A stretch of 64,000 nt of DNA from a virus (IMGVR_UViG_2778261164_000001:20803-84802); one strand, 5' to 3'; numbered from the stretch's first letter, positions 21,944-32,846 are shown. Numbers and translations: made by a program. Notes: a model not told the origin generated them from the sequence alone.

Positions 21944-22177
21944 ATGGGAAAAATAACTTTTGTAGTCGAATTTGAGGATGGCAAAGAGCCACCTGTTAGC
22001 GCCAATCTTGATGTTGCTGGTGGCAGGCTGGTTTCGGTTCTATTTGGTGATTACCGCGACGACTTCTTTCAGCCTGAAGAAGTTGATGTAGTGCGAGAAG
22101 CATTAAACGAGCTAAGTGTTGATAACGATGATGCTCATGCGGAAATCATCAAAAAAATGGAACTGCTAACTCACTAA
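21944..22177 (+). CDS. small hypothetical acidic protein
   Basis: ATG at 21944 chosen over the TTG at 21926; 77 aa. Confidence 0.4.
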   Translation: MGKITFVVEFEDGKEPPVSANLDVAGGRLVSVLFGDYRDDFFQPEEVDVVREALNELSVDNDDAHAEIIKKMELLTH

Positions 22178-22354
22178 ATTATCAATTATGGTGCTATCAC
22201 CTACGACACCGAGAGAAAATTTATAATGTCAAAAGTAAATGTTTTGATTTTTTCAGCAATTGTTGGCTTTGGTTTTACTGCCGGAGTGCAGATTTATATT
22301 GCGTGGGAAAAAATCATCAACTACGCATGGAGTTGTTTTATTAAGTGAGGTAAG

Positions 22355-22649
22355 TATGTGGAGAGGTAATAGTCATGGCAAAAGCCAGATGATACTTACC
22401 GAATATAAGCTAGACCACAAAACCAATAAATCACGCTCAGTATATTTGCTCCGGCACAATAGCCGCGTAAGAAATACCGTGCTGGAACAAAATCTGACAG
22501 TTGAAATGGATAATTACGGTGGATTCAAGCCAACAATTTCGCTTGATGATTTTCCTCGTGGTTTAAGCGAAAGAGAAGCAATGCTGAAATTAGCAGAATG
22601 GCTACAAAGATTAAGCATTGCTATTGAAGATAACTGGTCTGAACCTTAA
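22355..22649 (+). CDS. hypothetical protein
   Basis: ATG at 22355 with GAGG RBS; the track ORF start at 22260 lacks support. Confidence 0.4.
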
Positions 22650-22655
22650 ATTTAT

Positions 22656-23030
22656 ATGATGACACTAAAACATTTTCTTGACCGCCCATTATGGGCGGCA
22701 GCCGCAGGCTATGACTTTAATTATATGGATTGCATGTCTTATACTGCCAATGCATACGACCATTCGTTCAGCCTGCTGTTTAATTCTTTAAGAATATTGC
22801 CGGAAACAGAAGTTGGAGAGCTTCATTTATGGATATTGGGCTTTATCGCGGCTGTCGTTGGTATTGCTGTATGGCCTTTTATTTTCTGGCTGGTGGCTGT
22901 TGTAGTGTGGTTTAAGTGCAAGACATACCGGAGAAAGTATTTCTTAGGTGATGGAATGACCGATATTGCCAAAATGAACATTGAAAAATGGACTAAGGAA
23001 TGTGAAAAGAAATGGCGCAAAAAGAAATGA
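22656..23030 (+). CDS. membrane protein
   Basis: 124 aa; hydrophobic segment LWILGFIAAVVGIAVWPFIFWLVAVVVWF; Lys-rich C-terminus. Confidence 0.45.
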   Translation: MMTLKHFLDRPLWAAAAGYDFNYMDCMSYTANAYDHSFSLLFNSLRILPETEVGELHLWILGFIAAVVGIAVWPFIFWLVAVVVWFKCKTYRRKYFLGDGMTDIAKMNIEKWTKECEKKWRKKK

Positions 23031-23686
23031 CTACTCTAACGACAGCATACTTACAGCAATTGGTATTTTTTGCAGGCGAGGCTACTTGTCATCCTGACGC
23101 AAACTATTTATTGGAATTTGAGAGGTTAGCGTCACCCGGTATCGTTCTGGAACTGGCCCAACAGGTGCTGGCCTTGAGACAAAAAGAGCAACATGAAAGT
23201 AATACGTGTAGATTGAATTTTGAGCAGTGGCTGGAACAGCAACGCGGAAAAATCGATGTGGACTGTGGTTGTGTGTCCACTGAAACATTCATGCACTGGC
23301 TGCGGGTAGCTTACGAGGCTGGCAACTATCCGGATATTCCGGATAGTTCGGTGCCAGCGCCAGGAAAGGGCGTCACCGGTGAACGTATCCGCATTAAGCC
23401 GCATGTTTATCGCGAACTGGTTAACCGTCTCCACGATACAGCGATCAAGTGTGCTGGCACCCAGCAATTACGAGAAAGAATTAGCCGTGTTTTGGGCGAC
23501 GTTATTACGCCAGATCATCATAAACAAGCCGAGAAAAGTGACCTGGAAAGGTGTCACCTTGAGGCGGCATTAAACATTAAGCCGGGGCATACGCTTGGCA
23601 TTATCGATGCTCTGTTGGTTCATAAGATGGCCAGGGCTTTATTGTCGTTGGTGGACGCTGGTGATACAAGCGAGGGTGAAGTATGA
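23012..23686 (+). CDS. hypothetical protein
   Basis: 224-aa ORF overlapping the upstream gene end. Confidence 0.5.
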   Translation: MAQKEMTTLTTAYLQQLVFFAGEATCHPDANYLLEFERLASPGIVLELAQQVLALRQKEQHESNTCRLNFEQWLEQQRGKIDVDCGCVSTETFMHWLRVAYEAGNYPDIPDSSVPAPGKGVTGERIRIKPHVYRELVNRLHDTAIKCAGTQQLRERISRVLGDVITPDHHKQAEKSDLERCHLEAALNIKPGHTLGIIDALLVHKMARALLSLVDAGDTSEGEV

Positions 23687-24045
23687 GAGTTGCAGATCAC
23701 ATCAAACACCTTGAAAGAATTATCGAAAACGGTGAACTCTTAAGAGATCAGATGAGACGCACGGCAGAAGCCAGGGAGGCGATAATCCGCAGTCAGGCTG
23801 GTAAATTAAAGCAATTGTCAGAGATTAACACGCTATACAAGAACAGACGTAACCGGGCGGTGATGCGGCTTCAGAAAGCACGTAATGAAATTAAATTGGT
23901 GGAGGCAAAACTGAAAAAACAGATCCAGCGTTACGATCAGCAAGATGCTTTTTATGCCGCCATCAAGGCGGCTGCTAATGAAATAGGCATCTGGAAGTTG
24001 CTGGTGGAGAAAGCAAAGACGAAGTTAAATGCCAACGAAAGCTGA
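23683..24045 (+). CDS. hypothetical coiled-coil protein (last gene of the rightward operon)
   Basis: 120-aa ORF with ATGA overlap; Lys/Glu/Arg-rich heptads. Confidence 0.5.
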   Translation: MRVADHIKHLERIIENGELLRDQMRRTAEAREAIIRSQAGKLKQLSEINTLYKNRRNRAVMRLQKARNEIKLVEAKLKKQIQRYDQQDAFYAAIKAAANEIGIWKLLVEKAKTKLNANES

Positions 24046-24120
24046 ACTACAGGTGCCCACCAGCACATACAGAAAATGATTGTTTCCACATCAAGGAGAT
24101 TTTAATGTTTCACTGAAACA

Positions 24121-24258
24121 TTAAGTAAGCCAGTGCATAATTCCATTTTTTACTGACCTTAAAAGCAAAATCAAAACGATGATGAGGATAATAGCCAGAA
24201 TCTGGCTAATAATAGGCGCATCTAAAAATGCACTCAGGAACTGAAAAAAAGCGTTCAT
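24121..24258 (-). CDS. 45-aa hydrophobic peptide (MNAFFQFLSAFLDAPIISQILAIILIIVLILLLRSVKNGIMHWLT)
   Basis: ATG-to-TAA frame on the minus strand inside an otherwise non-coding AT-rich stretch; single predicted TM helix; no clear RBS. Confidence 0.3.
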   Translation of the reverse strand: MNAFFQFLSAFLDAPIISQILAIILIIVLILLLRSVKNGIMHWLT

Positions 24259-25119
24259 TCAGGTGGTTCCTTGTCAAATGTAAAGGTGCACTTGCTCACG
24301 TTGACGTAGAAACCCAACCCCTATATAGTTGGATTCGGTGAATGAAAGTCGTTAACGTGAGCTTACGGCACATGTTTTCGGAAAAACATCAGGGAACGGC
24401 TAATTCCTTGATGCGGGTGGGGTCTGTAATGCAGACCCTATCTATTAACGTCATGATTGCATCTCAAATTTTCTCCTTATCTTCAATTAATCTACATTCA
24501 TTTCATCTGTTAGCCACCACAATATGTAGAAAATGGCCCTCTTGCAAGTGCATAACTTTGTGGATAACTCAGGAAGGAAAAAGTGGCTTTCGCGCACCTT
24601 CGGTCAGACAAGGTGTCCGGGAAAGTCAACGCAAAGAAAAAATTGTTAAAAATAACGTTTGTTGGAATTGTATATTTTTATCCCCTTCAATGGTTAGCAT
24701 TCTATTAACATCTTTTTTTAGAGACAGAAAAACATATCGTAACAACATATATACAGTATTAAGAGGCGAGTATTATCCTGCGGTGGGAATTCTGGGCGCT
24801 GTTAGATTCGACTTTCTCAGCAGGATTACATCGTCAACTTGCGACGTTGCCGTATGACTTTCGTGTAATAGGTGACAATGATGCGGCTAGTGAGTTACTT
24901 GTGAAGTTTTTCGGAAAAGGTTTTGTGGCCTCGGATCTTGATGAGCTACAGCAACATGAAGTGTCTAATTTGATTTTTAGCCATAGCCAATAAGCCTCCC
25001 TCCTCCATCAAGGCCACAATTTGTGACCTTAAACAATTTGTTTTCTGCTTTTTCTTATTTGAGAAAATAACGTTGTTGACAGCTAATAGGCTCGTTGTTG
25101 TTATACATGCCTGTATAGA

Positions 25120-25476
25120 TTATGACCGTAAATTATTAGCGGATTTTAAGCCATATTCACCGTTGTAGAAATTACTCATGTTCCATTCATTAGGAAGTTC
25201 TTTTCTGTCCAATGTATAGTGGCGCACGATATAACGATCTTCATCTTCTTCGATGGACAGGCGGACATAGCCAATGTGAATCACCGATACGGGCGGTGTT
25301 CGTATTGCATAGATGTCGCGGAGATATACCGGCAGCTCGACAAATGCATCAGGTGCATCTGTGATGCTCGTTTTTTCACAGTATTCATATAACGCATCGT
25401 TGATATCGTTAAGAGATTCATGATCGTATATTTCCAGGTAATTACCGCGATCGCGATGGTACTCGATTTTAGCCAT
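25120..25476 (-). CDS. hypothetical protein (second gene of a leftward pair)
   Basis: 118-aa ORF; its ATG abuts the upstream stop. Confidence 0.5.
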   Translation of the reverse strand: MAKIEYHRDRGNYLEIYDHESLNDINDALYEYCEKTSITDAPDAFVELPVYLRDIYAIRTPPVSVIHIGYVRLSIEEDEDRYIVRHYTLDRKELPNEWNMSNFYNGEYGLKSANNLRS

Positions 25477-26061
25477 TCAAAATCCCCTGTTATCGTTTTG
25501 CATTTCTCTAATCCGGTTCAGAACTACTTCGTGCTGGACTTGGATAGCGGCTTTTTCGTTTTCAAGCCGGGCAATAGACATCTCTAATTCTTTGCTGTAC
25601 CAGGCGAGCTGGGCCAGGTTCATCCGGTTGTGGTCGAGAGTTGGAGACACTTCGACGCGATCCCTTTCTTCCTGCTTTAATGAGAAGAGATTCATCTCAT
25701 CCCTTGAGGAAAATTCAGCAACAATTTCTTGTTGATGATCCGGTCGCTGCGGCATCCTCGCCAGTATAAATGGCGGTTCTTTTGAAAACATGAATGACGG
25801 TTTAGACCGTGTTTTGACCCATCTAGCTTGCTGTCTTTCGGCAAGTTCACAGGCTTCATCATAGTTATCTACAAAACCAAGCACGGATGGACGGTCCCAC
25901 GCGCCACCATTCAGACAATAAACAAGAATTTTCCCGTCAGGTTCTGTAACTCCATAGGGATGGTCCCACCAGGCGTCCAGCTGGGCTTTGGAGCGTTTCT
26001 CGTTAGGAGTGCAGTCAAAATTTTTGGGCAATGCAGGATCGAGAGGAATGCGGGCAGGCAT
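25477..26061 (-). CDS. hypothetical protein, divergent from humD next to a LexA box
   Basis: 194-aa ORF starting about 135 nt from the SOS box; no motif recognised. Confidence 0.5.
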   Translation of the reverse strand: MPARIPLDPALPKNFDCTPNEKRSKAQLDAWWDHPYGVTEPDGKILVYCLNGGAWDRPSVLGFVDNYDEACELAERQQARWVKTRSKPSFMFSKEPPFILARMPQRPDHQQEIVAEFSSRDEMNLFSLKQEERDRVEVSPTLDHNRMNLAQLAWYSKELEMSIARLENEKAAIQVQHEVVLNRIREMQNDNRGF

Positions 26062-26195
26062 GGCTAATTCCTTATTAATTGATTAGTAACGAGGTTACGC
26101 TGATCCAGCGGTGATGAATAGTAGCAAAGCGCACAAAGTCATCAGAGGGGTTAAGATCCATAACGCGTTTGCACCAAAGGTGTCTCTTTAATGTA

Positions 26196-26215
26196 TACTG
26201 TATAAATGAACAGTA
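26196..26215. promoter_or_regulatory. LexA (SOS) box
   Basis: TACTGTATAAATGAACAGTA fits CTGT-N8-ACAG; 20 nt upstream of the humD start codon. Confidence 0.8.
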
Positions 26216-26234
26216 TTATTGAGGTGAAAACGCT

Positions 26235-26624
26235 ATGGGCTTCCCTTCTCCTGCGGCGGATTATGTTGAAAGCCGAATTTCTCTTGATCAGCAACTAATC
26301 AGGCATCCATCAGCAACCTACTTCATGCGGGCAGCTGATAGCCATCACCGTGAGGGAATATTGCAGGGTGCTTTGCTGGTGGTTGATTCTTCGCTTACTC
26401 CAGTTGATGGTTCGCTGCTTGTGTGCGCTATGGAGGGTGAATATCGCATAAAGAGATACCGAAAGTATCCGCGCCAGCACCTGGAGGATTTAAGCACCGG
26501 GAAGAAAGAGGCGTTACCAGTAGATGACGATGGATGCACGGGCAGTAATGCTGTGTTTGGTGTGATCACTCATGTCATTAATGATGCCCGAAGTGGGGAA
26601 TTTGATGATTGTCCGGTGATTTAA
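26235..26624 (+). CDS. humD: UmuD-like translesion synthesis accessory protein
   Basis: LexA/UmuD peptidase S24-like fold without the N-terminal cleavage arm; GAGGTG RBS; SOS box upstream. Confidence 0.85.
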   Translation: MGFPSPAADYVESRISLDQQLIRHPSATYFMRAADSHHREGILQGALLVVDSSLTPVDGSLLVCAMEGEYRIKRYRKYPRQHLEDLSTGKKEALPVDDDGCTGSNAVFGVITHVINDARSGEFDDCPVI

Positions 26625-26659
26625 GCTGCAAAGTGCTGGTGCTTTATGCCTGTGACGTT

Positions 26660-26690
26660 TATAATTGTGTACACATAACGAGTACACGAG
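26660..26690 (+). promoter_or_regulatory. phd-doc promoter/operator region
   Basis: -10 TATAAT (26660-26665) immediately followed by the perfect palindrome GTGTACAC and a second GTACAC half-site. Confidence 0.55.
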
Positions 26691-26696
26691 GTGTTT

Positions 26697-26918
26697 ATGC
26701 AATCCATTAACTTCCGTACCGCGCGCGGCAACCTTTCTGAAGTGCTCAACAATGTTGAAGCCGGGGAAGAGGTTGAAATCACCCGCAGAGGCCGTGAGCC
26801 AGCAGTAATTGTCAGCAAGGCTACTTTCGAAGCCTACAAAAAAGCGGCGCTGGATGCTGAATTTGCATCCCTGTTTGACACCCTGGACTCCACCAACAAG
26901 GAACTGGTTAACCGATAA
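26697..26918 (+). CDS. phd: antitoxin Phd (prevents host death)
   Basis: 73-aa product [39 protein letters not shown]... matches P1 Phd as recalled. Confidence 0.95.
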
Positions 26919-27298
26919 TGAGGCATATATCACCGGAAGAACTTATTGCGCTTCATGATGCGAATATAAGCCGCTACGGCGGCCTGCCTGGCATGTCAGA
27001 TCCGGGCAGGGCAGAGGCCATTATCGGGAGAGTTCAGGCCAGAGTTGCCTACGAAGAGATCACCGACCTTTTCGAAGTCTCCGCCACCTACCTAGTGGCT
27101 ACAGCGAGAGGGCATATATTCAATGATGCCAATAAGCGTACCGCGCTAAACAGCGCGCTGCTATTTCTACGCCGTAACGGGGTGCAGGTATTTGATTCAC
27201 CTGAACTGGCAGACCTTACTGTAGGCGCTGCGACTGGCGAGATATCTGTATCTTCTGTCGCCGACACGTTACGTAGATTGTATGGTTCTGCGGAGTAG
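26918..27298 (+). CDS. doc: toxin Doc (death on curing; Fic-fold kinase)
   Basis: 126 aa; ATGA overlap with phd; Fic-like motif region [11 protein letters not shown]. Confidence 0.95.
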
Positions 27299-27482
27299 AT
27301 TAATGGCACGTAAATACAACAAGTTGTCCCGTGAAGCGTTAAAGATGCTTCTTGATGGCGTGAGTCGCCGCGAGGTAAAGCAATACCTGGTTGGTAAGCA
27401 AGTTGGTGTCAGGACCGCTATTGCTGTGTTATGCCGTCAGGAAATGGTTGTGCTTAAACAGAGAATGCCGGGCAGCAGATAA
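27282..27482 (+). CDS. small basic protein (post-doc gene)
   Basis: 66-aa ORF (possibly starting at ATG 27303) directly downstream of doc. Confidence 0.4.
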
Positions 27483-27509
27483 AGCCCAATCAGTGATGAA
27501 AGGTGTGAT

Positions 27510-28553
27510 GTGAAAGCCGTAATTACTCCCTTTGTACAAAAAGAGCTTGGCGTCGCCACATTCAAAGTGGATCAGGAGGTCAGAAAGCTGGTGGAGGCTG
27601 GCCGTAAATTTATTATGGAGCCGGTGCCGCGTGAGTTAATCGAGCACATGGACGACGGCCTCGTTGTTTCCGAGCAAACTATGGCAACAAATGAGGCGTT
27701 GCAGCCGTTTTTTAACAGCGATGAACTGTTTCGCCGTATTGGTGGGATTGACTCGCTGGTGGCGTGGTTGCGCAGGAAAGAGGGGCAATGCCAGGCCGCA
27801 GATCGTAGTTGGTGTGACAACCATATTGTCCACGCTGAACGAGACAATAGCGCGGTGTTGTTGTGCTGGCATCACGATAACCATTACCGGATGCGTGGTT
27901 TTAATGAGCTGAAAGAAACGCTGCATAATAATCGCGTTAACTGGATACTGGATGTCGCCCGTCAGGAAATGGGGCTTTCAGATGGCCATGATTTAAGTAT
28001 TCAGGAACTGTGCTGGTGGGCTTTCATGCGCAACATGATGCACCTGATGCCGGAAGAAGTTTGCCGTATATCAATAAATAAGATGAAAGCCGCAACGCAG
28101 GATAGCGGACCTCTGAAAGAGGCGGATATTCGCCCGTATGACGATCGCGCTACAGCATATGTTCAGATGATGGAAGAACGCGCCGCGCCGATGCGTGCAA
28201 AAGTATGCCCTGTGGATGTTGACTCCGACCCTGGCATGGCGCATTTCAAAATACCAAAACTGCAATCGCTAAAATTACCTGAGTACATGGACTTTGTTGC
28301 TTCCCGTCCATGCTGTGGGTGTGGAGCGGCGGGAGCTGGCGCTCACATTATGCCTTATATCGTTCGTCATAGTCGATTATGCGCGCATGACATTTACGCA
28401 ATTCCTCTGTGCCAGTCATGCCAGCGTGATATTGAGCGTGACCGCGATAATTGGGAGAAGACGCACGGTAGGCTGGCGATGCATCAACGATTGTTCTTTG
28501 ATTACGCGCTTGGAGTCGGCGCTATCACAAGTCACTCGTCGAGCGTTAGATAA
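27510..28553 (+). CDS. hypothetical Cys/His-rich protein (post-doc gene)
   Basis: 347 aa; GTG start with AAAGGTG RBS; several Cys/His clusters suggesting metal binding. Confidence 0.55.
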   Translation: MKAVITPFVQKELGVATFKVDQEVRKLVEAGRKFIMEPVPRELIEHMDDGLVVSEQTMATNEALQPFFNSDELFRRIGGIDSLVAWLRRKEGQCQAADRSWCDNHIVHAERDNSAVLLCWHHDNHYRMRGFNELKETLHNNRVNWILDVARQEMGLSDGHDLSIQELCWWAFMRNMMHLMPEEVCRISINKMKAATQDSGPLKEADIRPYDDRATAYVQMMEERAAPMRAKVCPVDVDSDPGMAHFKIPKLQSLKLPEYMDFVASRPCCGCGAAGAGAHIMPYIVRHSRLCAHDIYAIPLCQSCQRDIERDRDNWEKTHGRLAMHQRLFFDYALGVGAITSHSSSVR

Positions 28554-28554
28554 A

Positions 28555-28571
28555 ATTGCTCTAATGTATTG
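28555..28571. promoter_or_regulatory. C1 operator-like site upstream of lpa
   Basis: ATTGCTCTAATGTATTG, partial match to the operator consensus. Confidence 0.45.
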
Positions 28572-28641
28572 CTATTTCTTTAATCGATGGTATTATATTC
28601 CACGTTGATTAGTTGACATGGGCTAATCAGTAGGTGACAGG

Positions 28642-29094
28642 ATGTTACTTAACTGGCAGGGACGCCACTTCATGGAAATAAATCACTCACGAATAACATC
28701 GTACGAGATTGCGGATTACATGATCCGCACTAAATCTCTTCTATCAGCGAAAGAACTCGCAGCAATTCTTGAAAAGGAATACCCGCATCTGGATGTCGAT
28801 AAGCGCGATGTTTATCTGCGCTTAAAGGCTATCGCTGTGTCTAAGTATTCGTCTGTTTTGATTGATGACAGTACACGCCCACGTAGATTTCAGATCCACT
28901 CTCTGAATCCTGAATTCTTTCGCCGTAGCCGCGCTCCGCGCCGGTTTGATGAAAAACTCCAGAACGAACTCTATATGACGCAGGACGAAAAGGAACGCCG
29001 GGAGCACCAGCCTTGGGTAATGGCGCGTCAACTTTTCAATAAGGTGGCCCGTCAGCACCGTCATTACGGTAATGCCACATCCGCACGTATCTGA
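28642..29094 (+). CDS. lpa: late promoter activator
   Basis: 150-aa ORF immediately upstream of pacA; operator-like site in its promoter region. Confidence 0.65.
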   Translation: MLLNWQGRHFMEINHSRITSYEIADYMIRTKSLLSAKELAAILEKEYPHLDVDKRDVYLRLKAIAVSKYSSVLIDDSTRPRRFQIHSLNPEFFRRSRAPRRFDEKLQNELYMTQDEKERREHQPWVMARQLFNKVARQHRHYGNATSARI

Positions 29095-29179
29095 TTGATT
29101 GCTTGCCCGTTCCGGGCCTTTTGACATGTGACTTTCGTTACCCTCGCGTCAAAAAGAGTTTTTACGAAAGGAAGCATAA

Positions 29180-30373
29180 GTGACCTGGGACGATCACAAG
29201 AAGAATTTTGCTCGCCTGGCGCGAGATGGTGGTTACACCATCGCACAGTATGCCGCCGAGTTTAATCTTAACCCTAATACTGCACGTCGTTATCTCCGTG
29301 CCTTCAAAGAAGACACCAGGACAGCGGACAGCCGCAAGCCAAATAAGCCAGTCAGGAAGCCACTAAAAAGCATGATCATTGATCACTCTAATGATCAACA
29401 TGCAGGTGATCACATTGCGGCTGAAATAGCGGAAAAACAAAGGGTTAATGCCGTTGTCAGTGCCGCAGTCGAGAATGCGAAGCGCCAAAATAAGCGCATA
29501 AATGATCGTTCTGATGATCATGACGTGATCACCCGCGCCCACCGGACCTTACGTGATCGCCTGGAACGCGACACCCTGGATGATGATGGTGAACGCTTTG
29601 AATTCGAAGCTGGCGATTACCTGATAGATAACGTTGAAGCGCGGAAGGCCGCGCGCGCTATGTTGCGTCGGTCCGGGGCCGATGTTCTGGAAACCACTCT
29701 TCTGGAAAAGTCTCTTTCTCATCTCCTTATGCTGGAGAATGCCAGGGATACGTGTATTCGTCTGGTGCAGGAAATGCGCGATCAGCAAAAAGACGATGAT
29801 GAAGGGACTCCGCCTGAATATCGTATCGCGAGCATGCTAAACAGCTGTTCCGCGCAGATAAGCAGCCTGATCAACACCATTTACAGCATCCGGAATAACT
29901 ATCGAAAAGAAAGCCGGGAGGCGGAAAAGCACGCTTTATCTATGGGGCAAGCTGGCATTGTTAAGCTGGCATACGAACGAAAGCGTGAAAATAACTGGTC
30001 AGTGCTGGAAGCAGCTGAATTCATCGAGGCGCATGGCGGAAAAGTGCCGCCCCTGATGCTGGAGCAAATCAAAGCCGATCTGCGTGCTCCTAAGACCAAT
30101 ACCGATGATGAGGAAAGGCAAACAGCCGTCGGTGGCCCTTCTCTTGAAGATCTGGACAAAGTTGCGCGAGAACGGGCCGCCAACCGCCGCGCCGATGCCG
30201 CATTGTGGATTGAGCAGCGTAGGGAAGAAATCGCCGATATCGTTGATACAGGCGGTTATGGAGATGTTGATACTGAAGGTGTATCAAACGACCCATGGCT
30301 GGAACAAGACCTGGACGAAGACGAGGAGGAAGACGAAGAAGTTACCCGCAAGCTATACGGGGATGATGATTAA
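29180..30373 (+). CDS. pacA: terminase small (pac-recognition) subunit
   Basis: 397-aa ORF containing the pac site; basic N-terminal HTH-like region and acidic C-terminus (DEDEEEDEE). Confidence 0.85.
   Translation: MTWDDHKKNFARLARDGGYTIAQYAAEFNLNPNTARRYLRAFKEDTRTADSRKPNKPVRKPLKSMIIDHSNDQHAGDHIAAEIAEKQRVNAVVSAAVENAKRQNKRINDRSDDHDVITRAHRTLRDRLERDTLDDDGERFEFEAGDYLIDNVEARKAARAMLRRSGADVLETTLLEKSLSHLLMLENARDTCIRLVQEMRDQQKDDDEGTPPEYRIASMLNSCSAQISSLINTIYSIRNNYRKESREAEKHALSMGQAGIVKLAYERKRENNWSVLEAAEFIEAHGGKVPPLMLEQIKADLRAPKTNTDDEERQTAVGGPSLEDLDKVARERAANRRADAALWIEQRREEIADIVDTGGYGDVDTEGVSNDPWLEQDLDEDEEEDEEVTRKLYGDDD
29373..29531. other. pac packaging site (clusters of 4 and 3 TGATCA/GATC hexamers flanking the cleavage region)
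   Basis: GATC at 29374, 29381, 29393, 29408 and at 29504, 29516, 29527, inside pacA. Confidence 0.85.
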
Positions 30374-31857
30374 TGGCCAGAAGTTGCGTAACGGATCCAC
30401 GTTGGCGCGAGCTGGTGGCGCTATATCGTTATGACTGGATTGCTGCCGCTGATGTTTTGTTCGGCAAAACACCTACCTGGCAGCAGGATCTGATTATTGA
30501 GTCTGTGCAGGAACAGGGTAGCAAGACATCTGTTTCGTCTGGTCACGGTACCGGGAAATCAGACATGACTTCTATCATGATCATGTTGTTCATAATCATG
30601 TATCCCGGTGCCCGCGCCATTATCGTTGCGAACAAAATTCAGCAGGTAATGACCGGTATATTCAAGTACATCAAGATAAACTGGGCTACTGCCACCAGCC
30701 GTTTTCCATGGCTTGCTGATTATTTTGTTCTGACAGAAACCGCTTTCTATGAGGTTACTGGTAAAGGTGTATGGACTGTAGTACCGAAGGGCTTTCGTCT
30801 GGGAAGTGAAGAAGCTCTCGCCGGTGAACACGCAGATCATCTTCTGTATATTATCGATGAAGCCTCCGGTGTCAGTGATAGAGCTTTCGGTATCATCACC
30901 GGTGCTCTTACCGGACAGGATAACCGCATCTTATTACTGTCACAGCCTACACGCCCAAGCGGCTATTTCTACGATACTCACCATAAACTGGCCAAGCGTC
31001 CTGGTAACCCTGATGGCGTTTATACGGCGATCACGCTTAACAGTGAGGAATCACCGCTGGTAACGCCAGCATTTATCAAAATGAAGCTGGCGGAGTACGG
31101 CGGGCGTGATAACCCTATGTACATGATTAAGGTACGCGGACTATTCCCTAAATCACAGGATGGCTTCCTTCTTGGACGTGATGAGGTTGAACGTGCGACG
31201 CGGCGGAAAGTCAAGATTGCCAAAGGATGGGGCTGGCTTGCATGTGTGGACGTTGCTGGTGGTACGGGACGGGATAAGTCCGTTATCAATATCATGATGG
31301 TGTCCGGCCAGAGAAATAAACGCCGTGTAATCAACTATCGAATGCTGGAATACACAGACGTTACAGAAACGCAGCTTGCCGCCAAAATTTTCGCAGAATG
31401 TAATCCTGAGCGATTCCCAAATATCACCATAGCGATAGACGGCGATGGGCTGGGTAAAGCAACGGCGGATCTGATGTACGAGTATTATGGTATTACCGTA
31501 CAGCGTATACGCTGGGGTAAAAAGATGCATAGCCGTGAAGATAAGAGCCTGTACTTTGATAAACGTGCTTATGCCAACGTTCAAGCCGCAGAGGCCGTAA
31601 AATCAGGTCGTATGAGACTGGATAAGGGTAATGAAACTATTGAGGAAGCGTCGAAAATCCCTGTAGGGATTAACTCCGCAGGTCAATGGAAGGTGATGAG
31701 TAAGGAGGATATGAAGAAAAAACTCAACCTGCACTCACCAGACCATTGGGATACATATTGTTTCGCTATGCTGGCGGATTATGTTCCCCAGGATGAAGTG
31801 CTTAGCGTCGAAGACGAAGCGCAGGTTGATGAAGCTCTGGCATGGCTTAATGAATAA
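30373..31857 (+). CDS. pacB: terminase large subunit
   Basis: 494 aa; ATG overlaps the pacA stop; Walker A-like SSGHGTGKS and a C-terminal nuclease region. Confidence 0.9.
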   Translation: MARSCVTDPRWRELVALYRYDWIAAADVLFGKTPTWQQDLIIESVQEQGSKTSVSSGHGTGKSDMTSIMIMLFIIMYPGARAIIVANKIQQVMTGIFKYIKINWATATSRFPWLADYFVLTETAFYEVTGKGVWTVVPKGFRLGSEEALAGEHADHLLYIIDEASGVSDRAFGIITGALTGQDNRILLLSQPTRPSGYFYDTHHKLAKRPGNPDGVYTAITLNSEESPLVTPAFIKMKLAEYGGRDNPMYMIKVRGLFPKSQDGFLLGRDEVERATRRKVKIAKGWGWLACVDVAGGTGRDKSVINIMMVSGQRNKRRVINYRMLEYTDVTETQLAAKIFAECNPERFPNITIAIDGDGLGKATADLMYEYYGITVQRIRWGKKMHSREDKSLYFDKRAYANVQAAEAVKSGRMRLDKGNETIEEASKIPVGINSAGQWKVMSKEDMKKKLNLHSPDHWDTYCFAMLADYVPQDEVLSVEDEAQVDEALAWLNE

Positions 31858-31881
31858 CTCATTGACCATGCCGGATGGAAA

Positions 31882-32733
31882 CTATTGCGCGCTTTCGGGG
31901 TTGTCGTTTACTGGCTGCCCTTTCTTAGTTTTACGGCTGCGCGTAACTGATGCGGCTGATTTGACCTTTTTCTCTTCGCGAGTGATGGCAATTTGTTTTT
32001 TTACATTTTCAATATCTGCCAGGCGATATATTTTTGCCTGCGGCCAGCGGTCGCAGATGATCGGTTCTATAGAGTCATAAAGGCTAAATTTTGCTTTCTC
32101 GAATTCACCGTTGATGATAATTCCATCACGGAGAGTTTCATCGCAGATAAACACACCACATAGCGGCACATGGTAACTAACTGATTTACCATCATTGTAG
32201 TTAGGGCTACTAGAAATGTAATGGACGCGCAGCATTGTTTCGCTAAAGCCGTGTACGCGCATACGGAATTTTTCATCCTCCGGGTACTGCTTCATTAGCT
32301 CTTTTGTTGCTTCCAGGTTCTCTATGTATTTCGCACTGTGCTCATTGATCCCTGCGCTTTTCTGGATGCGAATGTCCTTATCAATCAGATGAATAATGCG
32401 GCCAGCGGTCATGTTGACGCTGTTCACAGCTTCTGTCTGATAAGTCGTAACCTTACGCACACCGCGAAGGATGTTAGGCACTGGATATAAAATAGTCTTT
32501 GGGATATTGAGGTCTGGGTACTGTTCCAGTTCCCGCGCCATTAAAGTCCATTTATCAATTTCAGCCTGAATGCTGTCAGTTTCTTTGAACGGCAGAACGA
32601 CAACCGGGCGTACAGGACGACCGTCGCTGGCGGCATCAACGTGTTGGGCGCGTGCAACAGCTTTTTTTAGAAAGAGATCCCTGAAGCTGACGAACTCCTG
32701 GTACAGTTGTTCGCCGTAGACATAATTTATCAT
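31882..32733 (-). CDS. c1: C1 repressor of lytic functions
   Basis: 283-aa product from the internal ATG with AGGA RBS begins MINYVYGEQLYQEFVSFRDLFLKKAV...; the track ORF extends 28 codons further upstream. Confidence 0.95.
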   Translation of the reverse strand: MINYVYGEQLYQEFVSFRDLFLKKAVARAQHVDAASDGRPVRPVVVLPFKETDSIQAEIDKWTLMARELEQYPDLNIPKTILYPVPNILRGVRKVTTYQTEAVNSVNMTAGRIIHLIDKDIRIQKSAGINEHSAKYIENLEATKELMKQYPEDEKFRMRVHGFSETMLRVHYISSSPNYNDGKSVSYHVPLCGVFICDETLRDGIIINGEFEKAKFSLYDSIEPIICDRWPQAKIYRLADIENVKKQIAITREEKKVKSAASVTRSRKTKKGQPVNDNPESAQ

Positions 32734-32829
32734 TGATCCTCCTCCAGAATTGACATGGCCAACAACTAACAGCGGATTACACTGGGAGTTGTTGGCCACC
32801 ATTATAGAAGGATCCAACGAAAATAATAG

Positions 32830-32846
32830 ATTTATTAGTGCATTTA
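32830..32846. promoter_or_regulatory. C1 operator-like site between c1 and coi
   Basis: GATTTATTAGTGCATTT, imperfect reverse-orientation operator. Confidence 0.4.

Noticed and set aside
24342-24857. 171-aa plus-strand ORF
   Set aside because: Low-complexity translation, no RBS, inside an AT-rich non-coding stretch; treated as non-coding.
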